DNA from: an uncultured Chloroflexia bacterium
GTDB taxonomy: Bacteria; Chloroflexota; Limnocylindria; Limnocylindrales; CSP1-4
Length of the DNA: 64,000 bases
Reading direction: 5' to 3'
Assembly (NCBI GenBank): GCA_963813535.1
Contig: CAWEZH010000003.1
Location: forward strand, 416,001-480,000
Part shown: in pieces, positions 8,804 through 17,561 of the stretch
Position numbering within the stretch: the first letter of the stretch is position 1
Layout: the number at the start of each line of letters is the position of its first letter
Position numbers and translations under genes: made by a program
Notes under the pieces: model-generated
What the model was told of the DNA's origin: nothing
The model's input: only the letters and a program-made list of their open reading frames with translations
The model's database searches: none

Positions 8804-9679
8804 TCAGCCCCAGCCGGTGAGATCGCGCAGGTCGATCCTTCGGTCGTGGCAGTAGACGTTGAACCCGTCGGCCCGGAGGAAGCCCACGAGCGTCGCGTCC
8901 AGCCGCTCGGCCGTCTCGATCGCCAGGTCCGACGGCGCCGACACGGCGGCGATGATCGGGATCCCGGCGACTGCCGCCTTCTGGACGATCTCGAAGCTGA
9001 CCCGGCCCGACACCATCAGGATCCGTTCGTTGAGCGGCAGCTCCCCGGCCAGCACCTGCGAGCCGATCACCTTGTCGAGCGCGTTGTGCCGACCCACGTC
9101 CTCACGGATGGCGATCAGCTCCCCGGCCGGTGAGAACAGTGCCGCGGCGTGGAGGCCGCCGGTCTCGTCGAAGGCCCGCTGGGCCGCCCGCAGCAGATCG
9201 GGCAGGGCCAGGATCACCGTGCGCGAGACCACGGGGCCGTCGGGCAGCGGGTCGACGCGCAAGGCGACCTCGTCGATGGATGCCTTGCCGCAGATGCCGC
9301 ATGACGCGGTCGCCACGAAATGGCGTTCGGCCACGGCCGAGTCGTCGAACGGCCGCGACAGGCGCACGACGATGGTGTCATCAGGCTGGTTGAGGGTGAC
9401 CGGGTCGCCAGTCTCGGTGCCGACGACCTCGGACCCATCGATGAGCCCCTCCGTGCGCAGGAACCCGATCGCGAGTTCGGCCTCGTGGCCCGGCGTGCGC
9501 ATCGTCACCGCCACCGCCACGGGGTCCTGTTCGGGCCCTGCCGCACGGATCTCGAGCGGCGCCTCGCCGACGATCCGGTCGGGGCGCACCTCGAGCGACG
9601 GCCCGCGCACCGCCACGATCGATCTCGTCGTGATGTGACGGATCGGCGGATCTGCCCGTTCGACGTGCTGCGCCATCAC
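8804..9679 (-). CDS. fdhD: Formate dehydrogenase accessory sulfurtransferase FdhD
   Basis: Motifs EAPLEI, TMRTPGHEAELAIGFL, SCGICGK, TGGLHAAALF, REDVGRHNALDK, SGRVSFEIVQK and SAPSDLA. Confidence 0.95.
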   Translation of the reverse strand: MMAQHVERADPPIRHITTRSIVAVRGPSLEVRPDRIVGEAPLEIRAAGPEQDPVAVAVTMRTPGHEAELAIGFLRTEGLIDGSEVVGTETGDPVTLNQPDDTIVVRLSRPFDDSAVAERHFVATASCGICGKASIDEVALRVDPLPDGPVVSRTVILALPDLLRAAQRAFDETGGLHAAALFSPAGELIAIREDVGRHNALDKVIGSQVLAGELPLNERILMVSGRVSFEIVQKAAVAGIPIIAAVSAPSDLAIETAERLDATLVGFLRADGFNVYCHDRRIDLRDLTGWG

Positions 9680-9787
9680 CGGCGAGTGTACTGGCCGACC
9701 CCGGACCGTCGGATGGTCGCCCGGCGCTGTGGGTCACCCCATACTCGCGCCCCCGGTCGAGGACCGGGCCGAACAAGGGGGACCTCT

Positions 9788-10495
9788 GTGAACGATTGGG
9801 TCTGCGGAAACTGCAAGTCGATCAACCGCCCGTCCGCGAACTCGTGCTACAGCTGCGGCGGCGCCAGGGAGATCGTGGCCGTGCCCGATCCGCGTTCCGC
9901 GCGGCCGACCGCTGCCAGCGCCGATGCACTCGGTGTCAGCGCCGCCGGCGTGGGTGCGCTGAGCGCGCCACAGACCCAAGGGGCACCACTCCCGGCGCCT
10001 GCCACTGACCTGCGCACCGCGGCCCCCGTCGCCACGCCGCCCCGTCCCGCCAGCATGTCCGACATCCTCGGTGGCTTCCTCGCCGGCCTCGTCGCGGCGG
10101 TCATCGCGAGTGCCGTCTGGTACGGCGTGGTGGCCGTCAGCCATTTCCAGGTGGGCATCGTCGCCATCGCCGTCGGCTTCCTGGTCGGCCAGGGCGTCGT
10201 CCTCGGCGCACGGCGTCACGGCTCGATCGCCCTCGTGGCGATCTCCGTGGTCCTGACCCTGTTGGCCCTCGTGGTCAGCGAATACCTGATCATCGCCCAC
10301 TTCGTCGGGCAGGAGCTCGGCATCCAGGTCGAGCTGCTCCAGCCGCCGGACTTCGTCGCCAGCGTCGTGGCGGAGTCGGTCCAGGCCGACCCGCTGACGC
10401 TCGTGTTCTGGGCGATCGCCCTCTTCCAGGCGTTCGTGATCCCGTTCCGCCTCGTTCGCAGCGGTACCGCCGAGACCCCGGCCTACGCCTCCTGA
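9788..10495 (+). CDS. Membrane protein with N-terminal RanBP2-type zinc finger
   Basis: GTG 9788 follows AAGGGGG. WVCGNCKSINRPSANSCYSC fits W-x-C-x2-C-x3-N-x6-C-x2-C exactly. An Ala/Pro linker and about 4 TM helices follow. Confidence 0.8.
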   Translation: MNDWVCGNCKSINRPSANSCYSCGGAREIVAVPDPRSARPTAASADALGVSAAGVGALSAPQTQGAPLPAPATDLRTAAPVATPPRPASMSDILGGFLAGLVAAVIASAVWYGVVAVSHFQVGIVAIAVGFLVGQGVVLGARRHGSIALVAISVVLTLLALVVSEYLIIAHFVGQELGIQVELLQPPDFVASVVAESVQADPLTLVFWAIALFQAFVIPFRLVRSGTAETPAYAS

Positions 10496-11724
10496 CGCGT
10501 CAGGAAGACCGCGCCCCCGGTCGGTCGCAGACAGTGCGTGGAGCTCATCGCCTGGTGATAACCGCCGGCGTTGAGTAGCGCGACGACATCGCCCTCTTCG
10601 ACGGGCGCCATCGGGTAGTCCTCGGCGAACACGTCGCTCGCCTCGTTGATGTGGCCGGCCACGGTGACGCGCGTCGTCCGGTCCCGCGCGGGATCGCGGC
10701 ACGGGACGATCTCCTGGGCAAAGCCGTAGATGAAGTACGCGCAGTTGACGTTCCAGCCGATATCGAGCCCGACGAACGTCACGCCGCGACGCGTCTCGAC
10801 GGTGACGACCTCCCCGAGGAGGATCGCCGCGTCCTTCGTGAGCGCGTCGCCCGGCTCGGCACCGACGGTCACGCCGAGCGGACCCAGGTGGCGGGCGACC
10901 ACGTCGGCGTAGGCCTCCAGGTCGACGCCCGCCTCATCGGCACGGGCGGGGACGCCGAGACCACCGCCGATGTTGACCTCGCTGATCGCGTGCCCGGCTG
11001 CCCGCGCCCTGACCACGGCCTCGACCGCCGCGGGCAGCGCTCGCTCGAACCCGGCAAGGCCGCCGGCGAGCCAGCCTGATCCGGCGTGGAAGTGGATGGT
11101 GTCGACCGCCAGGTCGTGGCGGGCCACCGCGGACAGGGCGTCGTCGAACCGTTCGAGCTCGATGCCGAACTTCGTCGGGCGGTCGCCGCTGTACTCGAGG
11201 TGGGGCGTGTATCCGGCGCCGCTGCCCGGGTCGATGCGGATCCCGATGCTCCTTCCCGCCGCACGCCGGCCGTACCGCTCGATCTGGCTGATCGCGTCGA
11301 GGTTCAGATGGATCCCGTGCTCGAGCAGGACGTCGAGGTCGCGGTCCGAGACGTTCGTCCCCGTGTAGCTGATCTCGCTCGCCTGCCATCCGCACTCGAG
11401 GGCACGCAGCACCTCACCGGGTGAGCAGGCGTCGATGCCGACGCTCTCGACCGTGCCCGGCGCCCCGAGGCCACGGAAGACCGCCAGGACCTCCGGCAGC
11501 GGGTTCGCCTTGAGCGCGAGTCGCAGCCGGAACGGGACGCCCGTCCTCGCGAAGGCGGCCTGTAGGGCGCGCGCGTTCTCGCCGAAGCGGGCGAGGTCGT
11601 AGGCGAACAGCGGGGTGCCGTGCCGGCGCGCGAGCGTCTCGGCGTCGTGGCCGGCGATCGACAGGCGATCCTCGGTGATGTCGAGGCTGGGCCGGACCCA
11701 CCACGGAGCGGCGACCGTGGTCAC
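10483..11724 (-). CDS. lysA: Diaminopimelate decarboxylase (fold-type III PLP enzyme)
   Basis: Motifs GTPLFAYD, ALKAN (PLP Lys), DACSPGE, TKFGI, HFHAGSG, NIGGGLG, EPG and NAGGY. The GHINEASD segment has Asn where Cys is usual. Confidence 0.75.
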   Translation of the reverse strand: MTTVAAPWWVRPSLDITEDRLSIAGHDAETLARRHGTPLFAYDLARFGENARALQAAFARTGVPFRLRLALKANPLPEVLAVFRGLGAPGTVESVGIDACSPGEVLRALECGWQASEISYTGTNVSDRDLDVLLEHGIHLNLDAISQIERYGRRAAGRSIGIRIDPGSGAGYTPHLEYSGDRPTKFGIELERFDDALSAVARHDLAVDTIHFHAGSGWLAGGLAGFERALPAAVEAVVRARAAGHAISEVNIGGGLGVPARADEAGVDLEAYADVVARHLGPLGVTVGAEPGDALTKDAAILLGEVVTVETRRGVTFVGLDIGWNVNCAYFIYGFAQEIVPCRDPARDRTTRVTVAGHINEASDVFAEDYPMAPVEEGDVVALLNAGGYHQAMSSTHCLRPTGGAVFLTRQEA

Positions 11725-11978
11725 GCTCCGTAATGGATCACGCCATCGCGTCCTGTCCAGTGGTTCGGGCCATCCTCGATGTCGACGCCGATCGCCTCGA
11801 CGAGGCGCCGGCTGGCTGCCGCGACCTCACGGATGGCCGAATCGAAGGCGTCCTGGTTGCGGGCGCTCGGCTCGCGATAGCCGCTCAACTTGCGGACGTA
11901 CTGGCGGGCGGCTGCCTCCAGTTCGCCGGTCGTCGCCGCTTCACCCGGACGACGGAGGGTCTTGATGCTCCTGCACAT
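11721..11978 (-). CDS. DUF2277-family small protein
   Basis: MCRSIKTLR...EAAARQYVRKLSGYREPS..NQDAF is the DUF2277 pattern. It overlaps lysA by 4 bp. Confidence 0.85.
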   Translation of the reverse strand: MCRSIKTLRRPGEAATTGELEAAARQYVRKLSGYREPSARNQDAFDSAIREVAAASRRLVEAIGVDIEDGPNHWTGRDGVIHYGA

Positions 11979-11983
11979 GTGGT

Positions 11984-11990
11984 TACGGTA
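11984..11990. promoter_or_regulatory. Overlapping bidirectional -10 elements for two leaderless divergent genes
   Basis: TACGGT on + (11984-11989) is 7 nt before ATG 11997. TACCGT on - (11990-11985) is 6 nt before ATG 11978. Confidence 0.55.
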
Positions 11991-11996
11991 GGGCGC

Positions 11997-12894
11997 ATGG
12001 CCGTCCTTCGCCACCCGGCGCGGCTGCTCCTCGCCGTCGTCGCCGGCCTGCTCCTTGCGCTGCTCATCGATATCGCCAGGGTCGGCGGTCCGGGGGTATG
12101 GCTGCTCCGCCATCGACTCCAGCCGCTCCAGGCGGGCGCCGGCGAACGATTCGATGTCGGCGGACACGCGCTGTACATCGACTGTCGCGGCACGGGTTCG
12201 CCGACGATCGTGCTCGAGGCCGGGATGGGCGACGGGGTGGCGGGCTGGGCCCCGGTGGTCGATGGGATGGCCGAGACGACGCGGACGTGCGCATACGACC
12301 GCGCCGGACGCGGCTCCAGCGAACCCCGCGGACGGCACACGGTGGCCGACGCCGCGGATGACCTGCGGACCCTCCTCTCGGCTGCCGGTGAGTCACCGCC
12401 GTTCATCGTCGTCGCCCACTCGCTCGGCGAGGTCCATGCGCGCGTGTTCGCCGACCGCTATCGAGACGAGGTGGCGGGTCTCGTGCTCCTGGATGGCTTC
12501 AGCGTGGACCTCGAGGCCGACTGGATCCATCCGCTGCTCGGCGACCTGCGCCCCGAGTACGAGGCAGGAGCACAGCACTTCCGCGACCTGATCGCCGGGG
12601 TCGAGGACCTCGACTGGGCGACATCCGAGGAACAGCTCCGCGCCACCGACATCAGCGGGCATCCCGATCGTCGTGCTGCAGGCGCCACGTGTCGAACCGC
12701 GACTCGACGGCCCGACGAACGAGCGGATCGCCGCTGCCTGGGAGGCCGCGTTCAAGGCCTTGTCGCCGGGCCGAGTCCGCTACGAGATCGCCTGGGGCGC
12801 CGGCCACATCGTGCAGGCCGACCGACCCGACCTCGTGATCTCGGCGGCTCGCGAGCTGGTGGAGTCGGCACGCGCCTCGGCCCCTCCGCGTTGA
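11997..12894 (+). CDS. Alpha/beta hydrolase with N-terminal TM/signal segment; +1 frameshift near 12658
   Basis: Motifs LYIDCRGTGSPTIVLEAG, YDRAGRG, AHSLG (nucleophile) and VAGLVLLDG. Removing one G from AGCGGGCATCCCG gives ..ISGIPIVVLQA...GAGHIVQADRPDLV (catalytic His) through to the stop at 12894. Confidence 0.8.
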
Positions 12895-13034
12895 CCTCCG
12901 TCACCAAAAGGTCGCTTTGCAAGGTGCGATTCCAGTTTGGTCGCGTATCCTGCTACCCCTGTCGTCCTGGGACCATGCACATCGATGGTCCTACGGGAAT
13001 CGGACTCATCCATATCTTGGGGGACCCATCGCAG

Positions 13035-15444
13035 ATGCTTTCCGCCACGCGCCCAATGCGTCGCCTTGCGACGATCCTGACCTCGCTCGGTCTGACCGCG
13101 ATCGTCGCGACGAGCTCCGTGCTCGCCGGGACACCGGTCACGAACGGCTATCGCGACCACGCCTATGGCGGCGGTGCGACCCGACCCGCCGGTGACAAGC
13201 CGCAGTCGAAGCTGTGGTACACGGACGAGGGCGGCGGCACCGTCCAGTGGTGGGGCGGCATGTTCCGCTACAGCACCTCGCCCCCGCTGTCGGAGTTCCG
13301 CATCTTCAAGATGAGCGCGGACAAGACCTCGTGGAACCCGACGACGACGATCGTCGATCGACGTGACGCCTCGCATGGCGACTACCTCTGGGACGAGGCG
13401 GCGAACACGCTCTACGTCGCATCGATCCCGGTCCCGAACAACACCGCCCCGTTGACCGCGCCGACCACGCCGGACGACGTCCGGATCTTCCGGTACACGT
13501 ACAACGCGGCCACCGATACGTACACGCAGATCGGCGGCAGCCTCGCCTACAAGCCGATCGCCGGGACGGCAACCACCGTCGGTCCCGACTTCCGCGGCGG
13601 CGCCTGGACCGTGTCGATCGACAAGGACTCGACCGGTCGCCTGTGGGTCGTCTGGCCGCAGGGCACCCAGGTCCGCTACAGCTTCTCGGACGACAACGGC
13701 GAGACCTGGTCGGCCGCCGCGCAGGTTCCTGCGCAGGCCGCCAACTCGATCAACTTCGAGACGCTGTCCCGCAGCGACTCGGCCTCGGTCATCGCCTTCG
13801 GCAGCCCCACCAAGGACACCGTCGGCGTCATGTGGAGCGACCAGGACAACCTGCCCGCCCAGGCCGACAACGGCTACTACTTCGCGACCATCGCGGCCGG
13901 GGCCGACCCGACCCAGGCCGGCAACTGGACCACCGTCGAGCTGCCCAAGCTCGCGAACCTCACCAACAACGAGGCCGACAACCACATCAACATGAAGACC
14001 ACCAGCGATGGCTCGGTCTACATGGTCGGCAAGACCCGCGCCGAGACGACCCTGTGCGCGACCAACAAGAACCGGCCGAACATCCCGTTCTTCCGGCGCA
14101 CCCCGGGTGGCACCTGGAACACCTATCTCGTGGCGACGGTCGGTGACTGCGATACGCGGCCGCAGGTCGTCATCAGCGAGCAGCTCGACGTCGCCTATGT
14201 CTTCCTCACCACCCCGAACGGTGGCGGCACGATCTATCGCCGATCGGCGCCGTTGACCGGTCCGGATGCCTTCGTCTTCCGCGGCCCGGCCGACGAGATC
14301 GTCAACCGTGGCGTGCCGTTCATCAAGAGCACGACCGAGACGCTGATCGACGACTCCTCGACGACCAAGCAGGTCGTCTCGTCCGCCAGCGGCATCGCCG
14401 TCATCTCGAACAACCTGACGTCGTCGACGTCGTCGAACACGAAGGTCTATCTCCACAACTACATGGCGCTCCCGTCCAGCGATGCCGCCGCGCCGAGCGG
14501 CACGGTCACGATCGCCGGCGGGGCCGCGAGCACCAGCGCCCAGACCGTCAGCGTCGCCGTCCCGGCGACGGATACCGGCAGCGGCATGAGCCTTGTCCGG
14601 CTGTCGAACAACTCGGACATGAGCAACAGCACGACGTACCTCTACACGACCCCGATCAGCTGGACGCTCAGCGCCGGCCTCGGGACCAAGACGGTCTACG
14701 TCGAGTGGCGCGACGCGGCGGGGAACTGGTCCTCGACCGCCAGCGACACCATCGAGCTGACCGACGACGTCACCGCACCCAGCGCGCCGACATCGGTGAG
14801 CTACCGGATCTTCGGATCGGGCCGCTTCGGCATCCCGGTGCGCGTCGAGTGGCCCGCCGCCAGCGACAACGCCGGTGGTAGCGGCATCAAGGAATACGAG
14901 GTGCACAGGTCCGTCAACGGCGGTGCGCTCGCGCCTTACGCGGTCGTCCCCGCATCGTCGGCACCCGGCCTGTCGCTCGACCTGCCGAACTCGGCCATCA
15001 CCTACCGGTTCTGCGTCAGGTCCGTCGACAACGGCGACAACCTGAGCGCGCTTCCGCTGCAGCGCGACGTTCAAGACCGTGAGCGTGAGCGAGTCGAGCG
15101 CGGCGATGCACTTCACGGGCTCCTGGTCGCTCTCGAGCTCGTCCGTGTACGTCGGTGGCAAGGCACGCATCTCGTCCACCGCCAATTCGAGCGCCTCGGT
15201 CAGCTTCCGCGGCAACCGCGTCGGCTGGTACAGCCGGCTCGCCCCGACCAACGGGCAGGCCAAGGTGTACATCGACGGTGCCCTGATCAAGACCGTGAAC
15301 CTGAACTCGGCGACCGTCGTCGACCGGAAGCTCGTCTTCACCCACACGTGGACGGCAGTGGGCAACCACTCGATCCGCATCGTGGTGAACGGGACGGCCG
15401 GCCACCCGAAGGTCGTCGTCGACCAGATCTTCTATCTGCAGTAG
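13035..15444 (+). CDS. Large secreted beta-rich protein (BNR/sialidase-like N-terminal domain plus Ig/FN3-like domains); +1 frameshift near 15050
   Basis: Signal peptide MLSATRPMRRLATILTSLGLTAIVATSSVLA, then GDKPQSKLWY, an Asp-box SDDNGETW and ADNHINMK. FN3-like DVTAPSAP...WPAASDN...YRFCVRSVD follows. Removing one C at ~15050 joins ORF 15079-15444 (FRGNRVGWYSRLAPTNGQAKVYIDG). Confidence 0.75.
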
Positions 15445-15470
15445 TCCCTACTGCACCCCGAGCGCGACAG

Positions 15471-15501
15471 CGGAGGATAGCCGTTCCGCGGCTATCCTCC
15501 G
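15471..15501. terminator. Perfect 13-bp hairpin between convergent genes
   Basis: CGGAGGATAGCCG-TTCCG-CGGCTATCCTCCG. Confidence 0.7.
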
Positions 15502-15532
15502 TTCATGCCCGGTCCGGTCGAGCGCGATCGGG

Positions 15533-16138
15533 TCAGCGCGGTGCGCGCTTCCAGTACAGCGTGCCCGTGTAGCAGTGGTCGAGCTTCACGCACAGCCCAC
15601 CGGTCATGTCCCACTGCCGACCGCTGACATACGGGCCGCGGTCCACGACGCGTGCCGTGACGATCCGGCCGTTGTCGGGGTTCTTGAACGTGACCCGCGT
15701 GCCGCACGGCAGCGTCCGGTGCGCGACACCGATGAGCGTCCGGGTCATGGCCTGACCGCACGCGGTGCGCTTGCCGTAGAAACCCGGGCCGTACCAGGAC
15801 ACGTTGCGGTCGAGTCGCCAGCGCGGCTTCACGACCACGTCGGCCTTCGCCTCGGGTTGGGCAGCCTTCGGCCGAGCCTGTGGCGGCTCGTTCGCGGTGT
15901 TCGGCTCGTACAGCTTCGAGCGTTGATCCTGAGCACCCGCGGAGCGGGCGCGTGGATCCAGGGGCAAGGTCTTCGTCACCGGCCCACGGACAGCAGCGAC
16001 CATCTCGACTTGCGCGGAGAGATCGACGGAGGGGGTTCGGTTCGGGCTGGGGACCCATGAACCCACCGGTCCGGGGACGGCGACCGCGGCGAACATGGCG
16101 ATGAGCGCCATCCTCGCGACGACCCTTGGGCGTCGCAC
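15533..16138 (-). CDS. RlpA-like double-psi beta-barrel (lytic transglycosylase-like) secreted protein
   Basis: Motifs SWYGPGFYGKRTACG, GVAHRTLPCGTRV and VVDRGPY..GRQWDMT. The start is uncertain (GTG 16138). Confidence 0.82.
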   Translation of the reverse strand: MRRPRVVARMALIAMFAAVAVPGPVGSWVPSPNRTPSVDLSAQVEMVAAVRGPVTKTLPLDPRARSAGAQDQRSKLYEPNTANEPPQARPKAAQPEAKADVVVKPRWRLDRNVSWYGPGFYGKRTACGQAMTRTLIGVAHRTLPCGTRVTFKNPDNGRIVTARVVDRGPYVSGRQWDMTGGLCVKLDHCYTGTLYWKRAPR

Positions 16139-16224
16139 GTCTTGGCGACAGTAGCATCGTCCGGGGTTTCGTGGCTTGCGTGCACCGCCATGACCGCATA
16201 TCGCAGACGTGACAGACTCGCGAC

Positions 16225-17136
16225 GTGCCCCGTCCCGACGCCACCGTCGACATCGACCTGGACGGCCCGCTCGACCTCGTCCGGTCGCTCGGTCCGCTCG
16301 TCCGGGGGAACGGGGATCGGACGATCCGGTTGGCGCGCGATCGGGCCTGGTGGGCGACCCGGACCACCGATGGACCGGCGACCGTCCGGTTGACCCTCGA
16401 CGGACGGCGGCTCCAGGCGGACGGCTGGGGCGCCGGCGCGGATGCAGCACTGCAGCGCATCCCGCGGCTGTTCGGAGCGGGCACCGATGCCCTCGCCGAG
16501 ACCGCGGACACGCGCATCGCGCACCTGTCCCGACAGCGTCCCGGCGTCCGCATCCTGCGGACCGGCGCGGTCATCGAATCGCTCGTCGCGGCGATCCTCG
16601 AGCAGAAGGTCACGGGTACCGAGGCCCATCGCGCCTGGCACGGCCTCGTCCACAGGTACGGCGAGCCCGCCCCGGGACCCGCCGAGGTCGGGTTGCGCCT
16701 GCTCCCCGCGCCGGCGACGCTGGCGGCACTCCCCTACTGGGCATATCACCCGCTCGGCGTGGAACGCCGCCGGGCCGACCTCATCCGGGCTGTCGCCCGC
16801 CAGGCATCGACGTTCGAGGGGCTCGTCGACGCCCCGTTGCCGACCGCCTATGCGCGGCTCCAGGCCGTCCCGGGGATCGGGCCGTGGACCGCGGCCGAAG
16901 TCGGCGTGCGGGCGCTCGGGGACATCGACGCGGTGAGCGTCGGCGACTTCCACCTGCCGCACCTCGTCGCCTACGCGCTGGCCGGGGAGCCGCGAGCGAC
17001 CGACACCCGCATGCTCGAGCTGCTCGAGCCGTACCGCGGACGGCGCGCGCTGGTGGTCCGTCTACTGGAACTCAGCGGGGTGCGCGCGCCGCGCTACGGA
17101 CCGCGCCTGGCGCCGCGTCGCATCGAGGGCATCTGA
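16225..17136 (+). CDS. DNA-3-methyladenine glycosylase II-like (HhH-GPD) protein
   Basis: Motifs AILEQKVTG, HhH LQAVPGIGPWTA, DAVSVGDFHLP and LEPYRGRR. Confidence 0.88.
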   Translation: MPRPDATVDIDLDGPLDLVRSLGPLVRGNGDRTIRLARDRAWWATRTTDGPATVRLTLDGRRLQADGWGAGADAALQRIPRLFGAGTDALAETADTRIAHLSRQRPGVRILRTGAVIESLVAAILEQKVTGTEAHRAWHGLVHRYGEPAPGPAEVGLRLLPAPATLAALPYWAYHPLGVERRRADLIRAVARQASTFEGLVDAPLPTAYARLQAVPGIGPWTAAEVGVRALGDIDAVSVGDFHLPHLVAYALAGEPRATDTRMLELLEPYRGRRALVVRLLELSGVRAPRYGPRLAPRRIEGI

Positions 17137-17164
17137 CGCAGCGACGGAAAGCAGGGAGGTCGCC

Positions 17165-17509
17165 ATGCCGACATTCGAGAAGTCGTCACCCGAGCTGGTC
17201 GCGCGGTTCGACGCGACCGCGGCGCGCTTCCCTGAGGCGCAGCGCCGCAAGATGTTCGGCTACCCAGCCCTGTTCGTGGGCGGCAACCTCGTCACCGGGC
17301 TATTCGCGGAGTCCTGGATGATCCGCCTCCCGGACGACGACCGATCCGAGCTGCTGGCGCTCCCGGGAGCCGCCCCGTTCGAGCCGGCGCCCGGCAGGAC
17401 GATGAAGGGCTACGCGACGCTGCCCGACGACGTCGTGGCGGACGATGCGGCGCTCGACGGTTGGATCAAGCGGGCGATCGCCCTCGGGAAGACCCTCCCC
17501 GCGAAATGA
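17165..17509 (+). CDS. TfoX/Sxy N-terminal-domain protein
   Basis: RKMFGYPALFVGGNL...FEPAPGRTMKGY...WIKRA. SD GGGAGG. Confidence 0.85.
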   Translation: MPTFEKSSPELVARFDATAARFPEAQRRKMFGYPALFVGGNLVTGLFAESWMIRLPDDDRSELLALPGAAPFEPAPGRTMKGYATLPDDVVADDAALDGWIKRAIALGKTLPAK

Positions 17510-17510
17510 C

Positions 17511-17541
17511 GACGCCGGCCTCTCGGATGAGGGCCGGCGTC
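17511..17541. terminator. GC-rich hairpin between convergent genes
   Basis: GACGCCGGCC(T)CTC-GGAT-GAGGGCCGGCGTC. Confidence 0.55.
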
Positions 17542-17561
17542 GAACACGACGGAGATGCGGG

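Noticed and set aside
11733-15572. 1279-aa ORF that looks like a hydrolase fused to a surface protein
   Set aside because: Artefact. It chains antisense DUF2277 sequence, the frameshifted hydrolase, an intergenic region and the frameshifted secreted protein, which has its own SD and signal peptide.
16139-16224. Possible c-di-AMP or c-di-GMP riboswitch upstream of the RlpA-like gene
   Set aside because: The region is short and I could not match the conserved aptamer motifs. An Rfam cmscan would settle it.
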